Positions 23,727-24,199 of a stretch of 24,199 bases of DNA are shown in pieces. The notes under the pieces were generated by a model that was not told the DNA's origin, did no database searches, and saw only the letters and a program-made list of their open reading frames with translations. Origin of the DNA: a virus. Lineage: Duplodnaviria > Caudoviricetes. Each line of letters opens with the position of its first letter. Positions within the stretch are counted from its first letter, which is position 1. The DNA lies in IMG/VR virus record IMGVR_UViG_3300024279_000014, positions 1 to 24,199 of that record. The stretch is one strand, 5' to 3'. The translations under genes and the position numbers were made by a program.

Positions 23727-24085
23727 AGCTCTACATCTCCGGCCCGATGACCGACCTTCCCGAACTCAACAAGCCGGCATTTCACGCCGAGGCGGCACGG
23801 CTGCGCGCGTTGGGATTCGAGGTCGAGAATCCGGCGCTAGTCGAACTCGGTCCAGATGCAACGTGGCTCGATTACATGCGCGTCGACATCAAGCTGGCCG
23901 TCGACTGCGACGGTATCGCAATGCTTCCCGGTTGGGAGAAGTCGAGAGGGGCGCCGATCGAGCGGAATCTCTTGCACGACCTGGGTCTGCCGGTCTATCG
24001 CGCCAGCACGATCGTCGGCTTTGCGGCCGGCATGGTCGTGCTAAGCGCTGACGTGCTCGCGCCGGCGGAAGCGGAGGCCGCGTGA
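23723..24085 (+). CDS. DUF4406 family (nucleoside deoxyribosyltransferase-like fold)
   Basis: LYISGPMT, ENPA, DYMRVDI and MLPGWEKSRGAPIE motifs. Confidence 0.88.
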   Translation: MKLYISGPMTDLPELNKPAFHAEAARLRALGFEVENPALVELGPDATWLDYMRVDIKLAVDCDGIAMLPGWEKSRGAPIERNLLHDLGLPVYRASTIVGFAAGMVVLSADVLAPAEAEAA

Positions 24086-24199
24086 ACCAACCCAGTCCGA
24101 TCGAACTGCTGCGTGCTGAGGCGGTGAATTTTGAGGAAGAGGCGACGGAGGTCTGCGGATATTGGCGTGGGCACCTTGTCTGGGTGGAGCGCAAAGACG
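24082..24199 (+). CDS. Hypothetical protein, 3' truncated
   Basis: GTGA overlap with GGAGG RBS; open to the window end. Confidence 0.5.
   Translation, partial: MNQPSPIELLRAEAVNFEEEATEVCGYWRGHLVWVERKD

Overview
This window is part of a temperate phage genome with GC-rich coding typical of a Betaproteobacterial (Burkholderiaceae-like) host; the host assignment is inference. It spans an apparently intact attP. The left arm (+) carries Mu-type baseplate and tail genes (gp44-gp48-like, tail fibre), an acyltransferase-3 gene converging on an outer-membrane beta-barrel gene that is controlled by an Arc-family regulator with three palindromic operators, and an atypical lysis cassette (holin, lysozyme, small TM protein, lipoprotein, DUF1353). 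A LexA-box-preceded module follows (Cys-rich protein, OB-less ATP-dependent ligase, hypothetical). The att core is the 3' half of a tRNA-Ser, flanked by TGTGCCATA arm-type repeats. The right arm carries a tyrosine integrase and DUF4224 excisionase, then an early-left operon containing two inverted morons, a MazG-like fusion, a dual-frame EcoHK31I-type C5 methyltransferase and DUF2303. After that come a lambdoid immunity region (PL/OL, two-HTH CI, PR/OR, Cro, CII), a replication initiator with four iterons, DUF1064 and DUF4406. The most unusual observation is that both inverted morons start at an identical 18-bp joint, and each is spanned on the opposite strand by an ORF coupled stop-to-start at both ends. 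This gives an unbroken reading relay from 14423 down through xis and int.
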